A stretch of DNA of 28,987 nt from Archangium sp. (GTDB lineage: Bacteria; Myxococcota; Myxococcia; Myxococcales; Myxococcaceae), in contig JANLPS010000054.1 in NCBI GenBank assembly GCA_031367385.1, positions 1-28,987 on the forward strand, in the 5' to 3' direction. The notes beneath the pieces are model-generated. The model made no database searches and was not told the DNA's origin. It worked only from the letters and a program-made list of their open reading frames with translations. Position 1 is the stretch's first letter. Each line of letters starts with the position of its first letter. The translations under genes were made by a program, and so were the position numbers. This document shows positions 8,939 through 17,394 of this stretch, one piece after another.

Positions 8939-9721
8939 TCAGCTCGAGCGAGGGAGCGCCTTCGTTCCCGGTGCATTGCCACCCATGATGTTGAGTCTCA
9001 CCGTGCGGGGCATGACCTTGGTCATCATGAAGACCATCGCCTTGTTCTGAAAGCTCGTCAGCACGGTCGGCGATGAGCGCTTCGCCAGGGCATGCATGCC
9101 TGCGTCGACCACGCCTTCGACGCTCTGGCTGATCGCCTCGGGAGGCCTGTTGTCGGTGGCTCCGCCGGCGGCCATGTGAAAATTCGTCTTGGTGACTCCA
9201 GGCAGCAGCCCGGCCACGTACACGCCCCGGGGCTTGTTTTCGTACCACAGCGACTCCGAGAAAGACGTCACGAACGCCTTCGACGCACAGTACGCCGAGG
9301 CGCCGGGCATGGTGATGCACGCCAGCGTAGAGGCCACGTTGATTAGCGCGTCGCCGCTCTTGGCGTTCTGCAAGAACGCGTGCGAGAGCGTGACCACGCT
9401 GTCGATGTTCAGCCGCAACATCGCTTGGTTTACCTTGAGCGAACTTTCGGCGAATGGGCCGTACGCGCCAACGCCAGCGTTGTTGATGAGCACGTCGTAC
9501 TTGCTGGTGCGAAGATCATCAGCGACGCGTTCGGCGTCAGCCGCGACAGAGAGGTCAGCCGCGAGCACCCGATGCCCAGCCCCCAGCCCGGCCGCCAGCT
9601 CTGTAAGCTTGCCTTCGTTTCGCGCCACCAGCGTGACGGTGTAGCCCTCCTTCGCCAAGCGTTCTGCGAACCCGAGCCCGATACCGCCTGAAGCCCCCGT
9701 GACCATCGCCGTTTTCGTCAT
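8939..9721 (-). CDS. SDR family NAD(P)-dependent oxidoreductase
   Basis: TGASGGIG, NNAG and YCASK catalytic motifs. Confidence 0.93.
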   Translation of the reverse strand: MTKTAMVTGASGGIGLGFAERLAKEGYTVTLVARNEGKLTELAAGLGAGHRVLAADLSVAADAERVADDLRTSKYDVLINNAGVGAYGPFAESSLKVNQAMLRLNIDSVVTLSHAFLQNAKSGDALINVASTLACITMPGASAYCASKAFVTSFSESLWYENKPRGVYVAGLLPGVTKTNFHMAAGGATDNRPPEAISQSVEGVVDAGMHALAKRSSPTVLTSFQNKAMVFMMTKVMPRTVRLNIMGGNAPGTKALPRSS

Positions 9722-9778
9722 GGCGTGACCCTACAGCGAATTCTTGTCAGCTCCTGCACAACTCGTTACGCAGGCCGC

Positions 9779-10471
9779 ATGGCAAAGACCATCATCGTGG
9801 CAGGGTACGGGCCGGGCATTTCTCACGCGGTGGCCGAGAAGTTCGGAGCCGCTGGGTTCTCCATCGCGCTGGTCGCTCGAAACGCCGGCAAGCTCGAGAA
9901 GGGCGTTCAAGCGCTGACCGCGAAGGGGTTCACCGCGCGCGCTTTTCCCGCCGATGTCGGCGACATCTCGGCGATTCGCAACGTGGTGCAGCAAGCCCGA
10001 GCGGCGCTGGGGCCCATCACCGTGCTTCATTGGAATGCGGCGTCACCCGTCGCAGGCGACCTGCTCTCGGCCTCACCCGAAGAGCTCGAGACCGTCTTCG
10101 GAGTTGGCGTAATCGGTCTGGTCGCCGCGATTCAGGAGTCGCTGCCTGACCTTCGTCAAAAGCCCGAGGCTGCCGTGCTGGTCACCAACGGAGGCTTCGG
10201 CCTCTTCGCCGACGCCGTCGACGCGATCGCGGTGCAAAGCAAGAGCATGGGCCTTTCTGTGGCGAACGCCGCCAAGCACAAGGCCTCGCGCGTGCTGGCC
10301 AAGCGCCTCGAGATCGAGGGCGTGTACTTGGGCGAAGTCATGGTGCTCGGCACCGTCAAGGGCACCGCATGGGACCGCGGGCAGGCCACCCTCGAGGCCT
10401 CGACCATCGCCGAGCGGTTCTGGCAGCTCTACCAATCGCGCAAAGAGCGCTTCGTTCAAGTCGGCGGCTAG
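9779..10471 (+). CDS. SDR family oxidoreductase, atypical (no YxxxK Tyr)
   Basis: IIVAGYGPGIS Rossmann start, HWNAA, LVTNGG; catalytic region reads LSVANAAK; start ATG 9779. Confidence 0.85.
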   Translation: MAKTIIVAGYGPGISHAVAEKFGAAGFSIALVARNAGKLEKGVQALTAKGFTARAFPADVGDISAIRNVVQQARAALGPITVLHWNAASPVAGDLLSASPEELETVFGVGVIGLVAAIQESLPDLRQKPEAAVLVTNGGFGLFADAVDAIAVQSKSMGLSVANAAKHKASRVLAKRLEIEGVYLGEVMVLGTVKGTAWDRGQATLEASTIAERFWQLYQSRKERFVQVGG

Positions 10472-10561
10472 GGTGTCATTTTCGCCACGCTTGCATTGCA
10501 GCCACATTGCAGCGCGCGCAGGGTCGCCACAGTGACTGACCGCCGTTCGAGGGGTTGCGAA

Positions 10562-10577
10562 TGGCACGTCACGTGCT
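10562..10577 (+). promoter_or_regulatory. Putative sigma54 (-24/-12) promoter
   Basis: TGGCACG-TCAC-GTGCT with GG(10563-64)-N10-GC(10575-76), close to consensus TGGCACG-N4-TTGCW, just upstream of ATG 10590. Confidence 0.6.
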
Positions 10578-10589
10578 TTTCGAAGCCTC

Positions 10590-10868
10590 ATGAAAAATCT
10601 CAAACAGACGCTGACCATGCTGGGCCTGATGGCACTCGCGAGCGCTTCGGCGTACGCGCAGTCACCGGTTGAGAAGGCCAAGTCGACCGGCAACGACGTG
10701 AAGCGTGAAGTGAAAGAAGACGCGCACCGCGTTGGTGAAGCGCTGTGCACCGGCACCAAGGCCGAGTGCGCCGCTGAAAAAGCGAAGCACCGCACCACCG
10801 AGACCAAAGACAAGGTCGTTGATGGGGCGAAGAAGATGAAAGACAAGGTCGACGCAGACAACCACTAA
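10590..10868 (+). CDS. Small secreted Lys/Ala-rich hypothetical protein with a C-x6-C pair
   Basis: Signal peptide ending ASAYA; helical charged body; LCTGTKAEC; host-like codon use. Confidence 0.8.
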   Translation: MKNLKQTLTMLGLMALASASAYAQSPVEKAKSTGNDVKREVKEDAHRVGEALCTGTKAECAAEKAKHRTTETKDKVVDGAKKMKDKVDADNH

Positions 10869-10938
10869 GCAGCGCCTTGCGCCTCGTTCCGCGCCTGCCC
10901 TTGGGGTCTCAGCTCCGAGGGCGGCGCTTATTTCGCAC

Positions 10939-11385
10939 TCACGACGCCCCCCGCTCGAGCCGCTTCTTGAGCTCGGCCAGGTCTTTGGTGTTGGCCCGGC
11001 GCATCGCCATCGACATCAGCGGAGCGACGAGCTTCGAAAACCCCACCGGCTCACCCCGATTTCGAAGCGTCATCTTCGTACGCTCGGCATCGAGCGCGCT
11101 CCAGCTGTAGGTCGTCTCCATCGGAAACGGCCCCTCGGCCGTGCGCATCACCAGGCGCTCGAGCGGGCGGTACTCGACGATGTCGTAGGTGTACGCCAAC
11201 CGGCGCCCCAAGAAGTGCGCGACAAAAGCGATTTGGCTGCCGAGCGCGAGTGGCGGCGGCGTTTTCCATTCGACGCTCTTGATGTTCGCGTACCACTGGG
11301 GCGCGTTGGTCGGGTCACCCGAGTACGCCGCTACGGCCCCGATCGGGCGATTGATCTCGACTTCGGTGACGATATCAACGCTCAC
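10939..11385 (-). CDS. SRPBCC (polyketide cyclase-like) family protein
   Basis: [31 protein letters not shown]...[14 protein letters not shown]...[10 protein letters not shown]. Confidence 0.88.
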   Translation of the reverse strand: MSVDIVTEVEINRPIGAVAAYSGDPTNAPQWYANIKSVEWKTPPPLALGSQIAFVAHFLGRRLAYTYDIVEYRPLERLVMRTAEGPFPMETTYSWSALDAERTKMTLRNRGEPVGFSKLVAPLMSMAMRRANTKDLAELKKRLERGAS

Positions 11386-11443
11386 GTCTTGGCTCTAACG
11401 CGGTGACCGCGAAATACCAATGCCGCGCTACAAGGGCACTTCG

Positions 11444-11902
11444 ATGATCAACAACGACGTGCTGCGAAGCCTCCGCTACATGCTGAAGACCGACGACACC
11501 GCCATCGCGGCGATGATCGCCCTTGGAGGCGGTCAGACCACCCGCGCCGAAGTGACTTCATTTCTTCTGCGCGACGACGAGCCTGGGTACACCGTCTGCG
11601 ACAACAAGGTGATGGCCAGCTTTCTCGACGGCCTCATCATTCAACGCCGCGGGCCGAAAGACGGGCCTCCGCGAGCGGTCGAGAAGGGCGTCACCAACAA
11701 CACCGTGCTCAAGAAGCTGCGCGTGGCCTTCGAGCTCAAAGAAGACGACTTGATCTCGCTGATGGCGGCGAGCGGTTTCGAGGTCTCGAAGCCCGAGCTG
11801 AGCGCGCTGTTTCGAAACCCCGAGCACAAGAACTTCAGGCCAGCGGGAGATCAATTCTTGAGAAATTTTCTCAAGGCCCTGACGGCGCGTATCCGTGCGT
11901 GA
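11444..11902 (+). CDS. yehS: DUF1456 / YehS family protein
   Basis: MINNDVLRSLRYML...FLDGLII.RRG...TNN.VLKKLRVAFELK...SKPELSALFR...HKNFR..GDQFLRNFL. Confidence 0.9.
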   Translation: MINNDVLRSLRYMLKTDDTAIAAMIALGGGQTTRAEVTSFLLRDDEPGYTVCDNKVMASFLDGLIIQRRGPKDGPPRAVEKGVTNNTVLKKLRVAFELKEDDLISLMAASGFEVSKPELSALFRNPEHKNFRPAGDQFLRNFLKALTARIRA

Positions 11903-12431
11903 GCGGCCCATCGACCGTGCTGCCGCCGAGGTCTAAGTAGAAGTGGTCTCCGACCAGGGTGACGCTGAGTTTGGTTCGCCGCGATTCGTCTGACGCCAAC
12001 GCCTCGAGAAAATCACCCTCGACCGCGGCGAGCTTCGCTTTCGAAACGCGGTTCATCTTCTCGGTGGCAGCCTCGGCCAGAAACGCGTTCATGCGTTGGG
12101 GGTCATCGAACAACACGCAGACCTGGGCATTGCCATTCTGGTCGACCGCCCGTTGCACCTTGCTCGGGTCGGCTTTGCCCACTCGCACCCACGTCGTGAC
12201 CAGCCCGGTGTAGTCGCGGGTCTCGAGGTCGGGCGCATCGGGGTCGCTCAGGCCAGGCCCGAACACCAGGCGCTCCTCCCACAGCCAGCAGTAAGCGAGC
12301 ACGCGGAGCCACACGCGCTCCATCGTCTCAGAAGGGTGACGCGCCACCTTGAACGAGAGCTGTTGGTCGATGCCCCGGTCGACGTTGGAGAGCGCAATTT
12401 GAAAATCGTACAGCGTCGAAGCGAGGGCCAT
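11871..12431 (-). CDS. yaeQ: YaeQ family protein
   Basis: MALASTLY.F.IALSNVDRG...ARHPSET.ER...RVLAY...FGPGLSDPDAPDL; ATG 12431. Confidence 0.9.
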   Translation of the reverse strand: MALASTLYDFQIALSNVDRGIDQQLSFKVARHPSETMERVWLRVLAYCWLWEERLVFGPGLSDPDAPDLETRDYTGLVTTWVRVGKADPSKVQRAVDQNGNAQVCVLFDDPQRMNAFLAEAATEKMNRVSKAKLAAVEGDFLEALASDESRRTKLSVTLVGDHFYLDLGGSTVDGPLTHGYAPSGP

Positions 12432-12493
12432 GGCGTAACGCAAGAGCCTACTTCCACCCACGCGGGCGAGCGGCGAAATGATAGGTCGCCCCC

Positions 12494-12997
12494 ATGTCGC
12501 GATTGTCGGGCCTTCGGGTAGTGCGGTCGCCGGTCGAGGGGTACGGCGTCATCGCCACCCGTCGGTTTCGCAAGGGCTCGGTGGTGGTCAACGTCGAGGG
12601 CGTGCTGTGGCGCGCGGGCGAGCGGCGTGACGACAGGTACTCGCTGATTCTCGATGACGGCGTGTTCTTCGACATGGTCGACCAGACCCGGTGGGTGAAC
12701 CACTCGTGCGAGCCCAACATCGTGGTCGAAGCCGGAGTCTCGCGCCTCGGCAACGGCTGGGCCCAGATGCAGGCGCTCCGTGAGCTCCGCCCGGGCGACG
12801 AGCTGTTCTACGACTACGCGTTTCCTCCCGAGCTCAAGGAGCGATGCCGCTGCGGCGCGCGCGCGTGCCGCGGGTGGATCGTCGACCCCGCGGCCGTTCG
12901 CGCTGGCAAGTCAGGCGCGGTGAAACCAGTAGTACACCGCGTCGTCGGCGTGAAACGCATCGACATATTCGGCGCTGGTCTTCGGCACGTGCGCTGA
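12494..12997 (+). CDS. SET domain protein-lysine methyltransferase with post-SET Cys cluster
   Basis: SPVEGYGVIA, RWVNHSCEPN, GDELFYDY, CRCGARACRG. Confidence 0.88.
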   Translation: MSRLSGLRVVRSPVEGYGVIATRRFRKGSVVVNVEGVLWRAGERRDDRYSLILDDGVFFDMVDQTRWVNHSCEPNIVVEAGVSRLGNGWAQMQALRELRPGDELFYDYAFPPELKERCRCGARACRGWIVDPAAVRAGKSGAVKPVVHRVVGVKRIDIFGAGLRHVR

Positions 12998-13264
12998 GCG
13001 TCGCTCGGCCGGCTTGAGCGGCCGCCAGGTCATGTCGCGCGCATACCCTCGGTGCTCTCTGACCGACTCCGGCAGCTCGGTCAGCACCTCGCGCTGGTGC
13101 TCTCCGAGCGAGAGCTCATTCGCGCCGTTCGACATCGAGGGGTGTTGCAGTTGCACGACGTCGTCTTCCCACCCGCAGACGTCGCACAGATCGGAGCTGC
13201 CCGGTCGCTGCTCGAAGACGACGAAACCACAGCTCGGGCAGGTGTACATCGGGTCTTCAGTCAT
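12911..13264 (-). CDS. CPCC-family cysteine-rich protein
   Basis: YTCPSCGF...PGS.DLCDVCGWEDDVVQL..P....GAN..SL; start ATG 13264 or 13249. Confidence 0.8.
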   Translation of the reverse strand: MTEDPMYTCPSCGFVVFEQRPGSSDLCDVCGWEDDVVQLQHPSMSNGANELSLGEHQREVLTELPESVREHRGYARDMTWRPLKPAERRSAHVPKTSAEYVDAFHADDAVYYWFHRA

Positions 13265-13365
13265 GGTCGGTGAACCCCCAGAGTCAAGACGTGGAGAGAT
13301 CATCGCCGATTGCTGCTCAATGGCTCGTTTTTTTTTTCAAAGTTCGCGAGTGTCGCGTGCCCACA

Positions 13366-13754
13366 TCAAGCGAGGGTGCGGTTGAGCTCGGTTCGCCAGG
13401 TCGACGCGTCGGGGCTCGACTCGGGGCCTTTGGTGTAGACCTCCCAGAGCTCTTCGCGTGGCGTGTGGCCGTTCGCGCGAACCCAGACATCGAGCTCGGG
13501 CCAGGCGTGCGGCAGCCCAGAATAGTCGCCCTGATACACCGTGCGCGCCACCTTGCCCGCGGGGAGCAGCCCCGGTTGCACCCGACCCACTGCCGCAATC
13601 GGCTTCTCGACTGGCACCGAGAGCTCGAAGTCGAACCGGCCGGGTGCGAACGCCAGGTGGTGCGTGAGCCAAGGGCCTGCCTGCGCCACGCCCTGCGCTG
13701 CAATGGCCTGCATGATTTCTTTGAGGCCGGGGTGATGCGCGGTTGCTCGATCAT
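13366..13754 (-). pseudogene. GyrI-like small-molecule-binding protein, internally deleted and frameshifted
   Basis: GGAGG RBS and ATG 13754 give MIEQPRIT; at the C4 run 13729-13732 the frame switches to PGLKEIMQAIAAQG..GPWLTHH...WEVY..GPES.PD...WRTELNR. Confidence 0.75.
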
Positions 13755-13869
13755 CGAAGCCTCCAGGGCAGAGTTCACCTCGAGCTACTGGTTTCAGGTC
13801 ACCGCGTCATGACGATTTTGTTCAGCACCAGAGCCTTGTACTTCTCTCGCCAAGAGAGAAGCTGTGCCC

Positions 13870-14421
13870 ATGGCGAAAATCATCGGCATCGCGGGCAGTC
13901 TTCGAAAAGCATCGATCAACGCAGCGCTGCTTCGCGCGGCGGCCGAGCTGACACCGGCCGGCCACGAGGTTCAGATCGCATCGATTGTCGGTATTCCTCT
14001 CTATGACGGCGATCTCGAGAGCGAACGAGGCGTGCCCGAGGCCGTGACCACCCTCAAAGATCAGATTGCCGCGGCAGACGGTCTGCTGCTCGTGACGCCC
14101 GAGTACAACAACTCGATGCCCGGCGTGCTGAAGAACGCGGTCGATTGGCTCAGTCGGCCCGCGAAAGACATTGCTCGTGTTTTTGGTGACAAGCCGGTCG
14201 CGCTCATCGGTGCGACCCCGGGGCCCGGAGGCACCCGCCTCTCACAAGCTGCCTGGTTGCCGGTGTTGCGCACGCTGGGCACCCGGCCCTGGTTCGGCAA
14301 GTCGCTCTTCGTCGCGGGCGCGGGTTCGGTGTTCGACGCCGATGGCAAGCTCGTCGATGAAAAGATCAAGAAGCTGCTCGGTGAGCTGATGACAGGGTTC
14401 ACGGCAGCCTGCCAAAAGTGA
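13870..14421 (+). CDS. NAD(P)H-dependent FMN reductase (ChrR/SsuE-like)
   Basis: GIAGSLRKASIN, TPEYNNSMPGVLKNAVDWLSRP, GATPGPGGT. Confidence 0.93.
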   Translation: MAKIIGIAGSLRKASINAALLRAAAELTPAGHEVQIASIVGIPLYDGDLESERGVPEAVTTLKDQIAAADGLLLVTPEYNNSMPGVLKNAVDWLSRPAKDIARVFGDKPVALIGATPGPGGTRLSQAAWLPVLRTLGTRPWFGKSLFVAGAGSVFDADGKLVDEKIKKLLGELMTGFTAACQK

Positions 14422-15292
14422 CTGACGCAGCCCCCGAGACCAAGTCGCTCACGGCGCTCACGATCGGGTCGTGCGCTCGGCTGGCGAGCCGCGCGAAGAG
14501 AACACGAACCCCGCTCTGCGCCTCGCACAGCAGCTCGACCTCACCTGCCGCTCGAGCCTCCTTCGCGGTCTCGTCATGCAGGAGCCCCACGCCTACGCCA
14601 CCAGCAATCAAGGTGCGCGTGACGCTCTCGCGGTCGACGTGAATGACTCGCTTGGGTCGAATCTGGTGCAGGGCGAACACATTCTCGGCCGCTTGCCCGC
14701 AACAACTGCCGGCGATCGGGCCGATCCAGCTTAGCTCCTCGAGCGCTCGCCAATTCACCGGCTTCGAGACGAGCCCCGGGGGCCCCGCCAGAAAGATGTC
14801 GAAGCGGCCCACCTCGAAGGTGGTCAGCTCTGCCCCCGGTGCACCGGCCTCGTTGTAAAACCCCGCGTCGAGGCTCCCGGCTCGCAACCCCTCGAGCAGC
14901 TCGACCGAGGTGACGTGCCGCAACGTCACTTCGACCTCGGGGTACCGCTCTGCCAACGCGGTGAGCAATCGGCCAACCGCCGCCGTGCTCGAGTTGCTCG
15001 ATGTGCCCAGTCGAACCGCGCCGGTGAGGTTGCCCTTGAGGCGGGTCGCCTCGTCGAGCAGGCCCCGGTAGGCGGCCAACGTTTGCTCGGCCTTGTCAAA
15101 CAGGCGTTGCCCATCGCTGGTCAGGCTCATGCCCTTCGCGGTGCGCTCGAACAGGCTCAGCCCGAGCGTCTCTTCGATTGCCTTGATATGCGCGCTTACT
15201 GCAGGCTGACTGAGGTGGAGTCGCTCTGAGGCACGGGTGATGCTCCCCTCGCGTGCCACGGTGACGAAGGTCTTGAGCTGGTGGAGCACCAT
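14399..15292 (-). CDS. LysR family transcriptional regulator
   Basis: QLKTFVTVAREGSITRASERLHLSQPAVSAHIKAIEE.LG..LFER HTH; ATG 15292 coupled by TGATG overlap to the MFS stop. Confidence 0.93.
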   Translation of the reverse strand: MVLHQLKTFVTVAREGSITRASERLHLSQPAVSAHIKAIEETLGLSLFERTAKGMSLTSDGQRLFDKAEQTLAAYRGLLDEATRLKGNLTGAVRLGTSSNSSTAAVGRLLTALAERYPEVEVTLRHVTSVELLEGLRAGSLDAGFYNEAGAPGAELTTFEVGRFDIFLAGPPGLVSKPVNWRALEELSWIGPIAGSCCGQAAENVFALHQIRPKRVIHVDRESVTRTLIAGGVGVGLLHDETAKEARAAGEVELLCEAQSGVRVLFARLASRAHDPIVSAVSDLVSGAASVTFGRLP

Positions 15293-16698
15293 CAAGGGCT
15301 CTCAGCCTGGAGCCTCTGACCGATTGGTATGGCGGAGCGAGTCACGAAGGCGATGAGAAGCGCGCAGAGGAGCAGGCCGGCCGCGGTTGCATAGGTCACG
15401 TGCATGCCCCCGGGCAGGCCGCGGGTTGACGCGCGCGCGAAGATCGCGCCCATCACCGACGCTCCGGTGATGAGGCCGAGGTTGCGAGAGAGGTTGAGCA
15501 ACCCCGCGATCACGCCGCGCTTTTCGCTCGCGACGTTGGCCATGACCGAGGTGTTGTTTGCAGTTTGAAAAAGCGCATAGCCGACGGTGATCACCACCAT
15601 GGGCGCAATGTACCCGCAGACCCCAGCGGCTGTTGGCATGATCGAGAGAATCAGGCACCCCGTCACCATGCCGGTCAGCCCGGCCGCGGTGGCTCGAGCC
15701 ACTCCAAATCGATCGGAGAAACGGCCGGCCGGTACACCGGTGACCCCGGCGACGAACGGGCCGATCGACAGCACCAACCCGACGAGCCCAGCGTCGAGCC
15801 CGAGCGCCCCAGAGAGATAAAATGGGCCGACCACCAACGTCGCCATCATCACCGTCGAGACCAGCACACCCATCGCCAGGCTGGCGCTCAGCTTCGCGTC
15901 TCGAAACAGCGCGAAGCGAATCAGGGGCGAGGTCGCACGCGATTCGGCCCGCACGAACAGCGCCGCTGCACCGAGGCAGATCAGCAGCAACACAAGGTTG
16001 AGGGTGCCGATGCCGCCGGGGCCAGTCCGGCCCATCGTCGTTGCGAGCGCGTAGGCCGCCAGCGTGAGCGCGAGCAGCAGGGTACCGGAGCGATCGAACG
16101 ACGGCCGTACAACCCCCGGCTGATCACGATCGACCGGGAGCGCGCGCAGCGCGAGCAGGAGCGTCAGCAGGCCGATTGGTGTCAGCACGGCGAAAACCGC
16201 ACGCCACCCGAACCCCTCAATCAACCCGCCCCCAAGCGACGGGCCCAGCGCAGTGCCGATCGCCGACATCGTGCCCAGAAGGCCCATCGCGCGGCCCGTC
16301 TTCACGTGCGGTACCGCTTCGCCCACGAGCGCCATCGAGAGCGTCATCATGATGGCTGAGCCAATGCCTTGTGCGCCCCGCGCGAGAATCAAGAGGCCCA
16401 GCGTCGGCGCGGCCGCGCAGAAGAGCGAGGCGATGGTGAAGAGGGAAATGCCTGCCAACAGCAGCCTGCGGCGACCGATGAGGTCACCCAACCGGCCGAC
16501 GCTGACGAGCAGTGTCGTGCTGGCCAACAGGTAGGCGAGCACCACCCACTGAACACTGCCGAACGACGCATCGAATGCCGTGGCCACGCTCGGCAACGCG
16601 ACGTTGGCGATGCTGGTGCCCAGCGATGACAGCACCATCGACAGTGAAAGGCTCAAGAGCGCGTGCTGCTTGGGAGAGAGCGGTGCCTGTGCGGTCAT
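15292..16698 (-). CDS. MFS transporter, DHA2/EmrB-QacA-like efflux
   Basis: IANVALP, WVVLAYLL, GRLGDLIGRRR motif A, GPSLGG motif C; about 14 hydrophobic segments. Confidence 0.92.
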   Translation of the reverse strand: MTAQAPLSPKQHALLSLSLSMVLSSLGTSIANVALPSVATAFDASFGSVQWVVLAYLLASTTLLVSVGRLGDLIGRRRLLLAGISLFTIASLFCAAAPTLGLLILARGAQGIGSAIMMTLSMALVGEAVPHVKTGRAMGLLGTMSAIGTALGPSLGGGLIEGFGWRAVFAVLTPIGLLTLLLALRALPVDRDQPGVVRPSFDRSGTLLLALTLAAYALATTMGRTGPGGIGTLNLVLLLICLGAAALFVRAESRATSPLIRFALFRDAKLSASLAMGVLVSTVMMATLVVGPFYLSGALGLDAGLVGLVLSIGPFVAGVTGVPAGRFSDRFGVARATAAGLTGMVTGCLILSIMPTAAGVCGYIAPMVVITVGYALFQTANNTSVMANVASEKRGVIAGLLNLSRNLGLITGASVMGAIFARASTRGLPGGMHVTYATAAGLLLCALLIAFVTRSAIPIGQRLQAESP

Positions 16699-16746
16699 GC
16701 ACCTGACGTTGCTCCACCGAACCCGCGTTAATCGAATCGTTTGTTC

Positions 16747-16776
16747 TGAGGGTGCCCCTCACGAAAACGGAGGGGC
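16747..16776. promoter_or_regulatory. Overlapping palindromes upstream of the MFS-LysR operon (LysR T-N11-A box, or terminator of the upstream gene)
   Basis: TGAGGG-N3-CCCTCA (16747-16761) and GCCCCTC-N9-GAGGGGC (16754-16776, contains T-N11-A), 50-80 bp upstream of ATG 16698. Confidence 0.35.
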
Positions 16777-16797
16777 TTGGCCCGAATGAGACCGAGG

Positions 16798-17169
16798 TTA
16801 GACCGCGGTCTTCGCAGCGGCCCGCAGCTGGCTGCGCAGGTCGATGAAGCCGGCCAGGTTCGTCGGGCCCTTCTTGATGTAGCGGTTGAGCGCCTCAACC
16901 AGCCCTTTGATCTCGTCTTTCGACATCGCGCGCGGAGGCGGCACGACTGGAGTGGGCCCGCCGGGGCGCATCACGCTGCGCAGCTCGATGGTGGCCTTGC
17001 CATTCACCATGCGAACGTTGCCGACCGTCGAGCGATCATATTGACCGACCATCAGGTAGTTGTGCGTGCCGATCTTGGCGAGCGTCGCGGGCTTGTAATA
17101 GCTCAAGGGGCTCAGGGCCTTGTCAGTCAAAACGGTGGCCTGTGGGCGATTCACATTCAATGCAACCAT
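16798..17169 (-). CDS. Hypothetical protein (123 aa)
   Basis: ATG 17169 with GGAGG at 17178-17182; MVALNVNRPQ...; GC3-rich codons; the longer track ORF is antisense to the AhpD-like gene. Confidence 0.7.
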   Translation of the reverse strand: MVALNVNRPQATVLTDKALSPLSYYKPATLAKIGTHNYLMVGQYDRSTVGNVRMVNGKATIELRSVMRPGGPTPVVPPPRAMSKDEIKGLVEALNRYIKKGPTNLAGFIDLRSQLRAAAKTAV

Positions 17170-17203
17170 GGGCAATTCCTCCAATTTGCGCAGCGTTCGA
17201 GTG

Positions 17204-17232
17204 GTTGTCGGACAAATGCCTACCTCGGTTGC
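17204..17232 (-). promoter_or_regulatory. Putative alternative-sigma promoter GCAAC-N16-CCGACAAC
   Basis: Bipartite motif 35 bp upstream of ATG 17169; -35 has an ECF-like AAC and -10 resembles sigma28 GCCGATAA. Confidence 0.35.
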
Positions 17233-17394
17233 GTGGCATCGGAATTTCAGCGCGGCTTGCCGGGCCATTCGAGCCCCGTTATCTCGATTTTTCTCCCCGT
17301 ACCCCGGGGGGTTCACGCTGTTGGGGGGGTGCCCACCTGAGACGATCAGCAGTGGTGTCTTCGCCGCAGAGGGCGCCTCGTACGGAGGTGCCAC

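Noticed and set aside
7596..9320. 574-aa minus-strand ORF and similar long shadow ORFs (e.g. 15565..16359, 23833..24627, 2297..3016)
   Set aside because: They are antisense to well-supported genes, Arg/His-rich and lack motifs, as is typical of high-GC DNA
10590..10868. Small Cys-containing protein as the RiPP precursor of the radical SAM enzyme
   Set aside because: It has a Sec signal peptide and its own promoter, and is separated from the enzyme by two unrelated SDR genes
17293..17330. G6/G7 runs as a G-quadruplex or phase-variable tract
   Set aside because: Only two G-runs, in a high-GC intergenic region, with no supporting evidence
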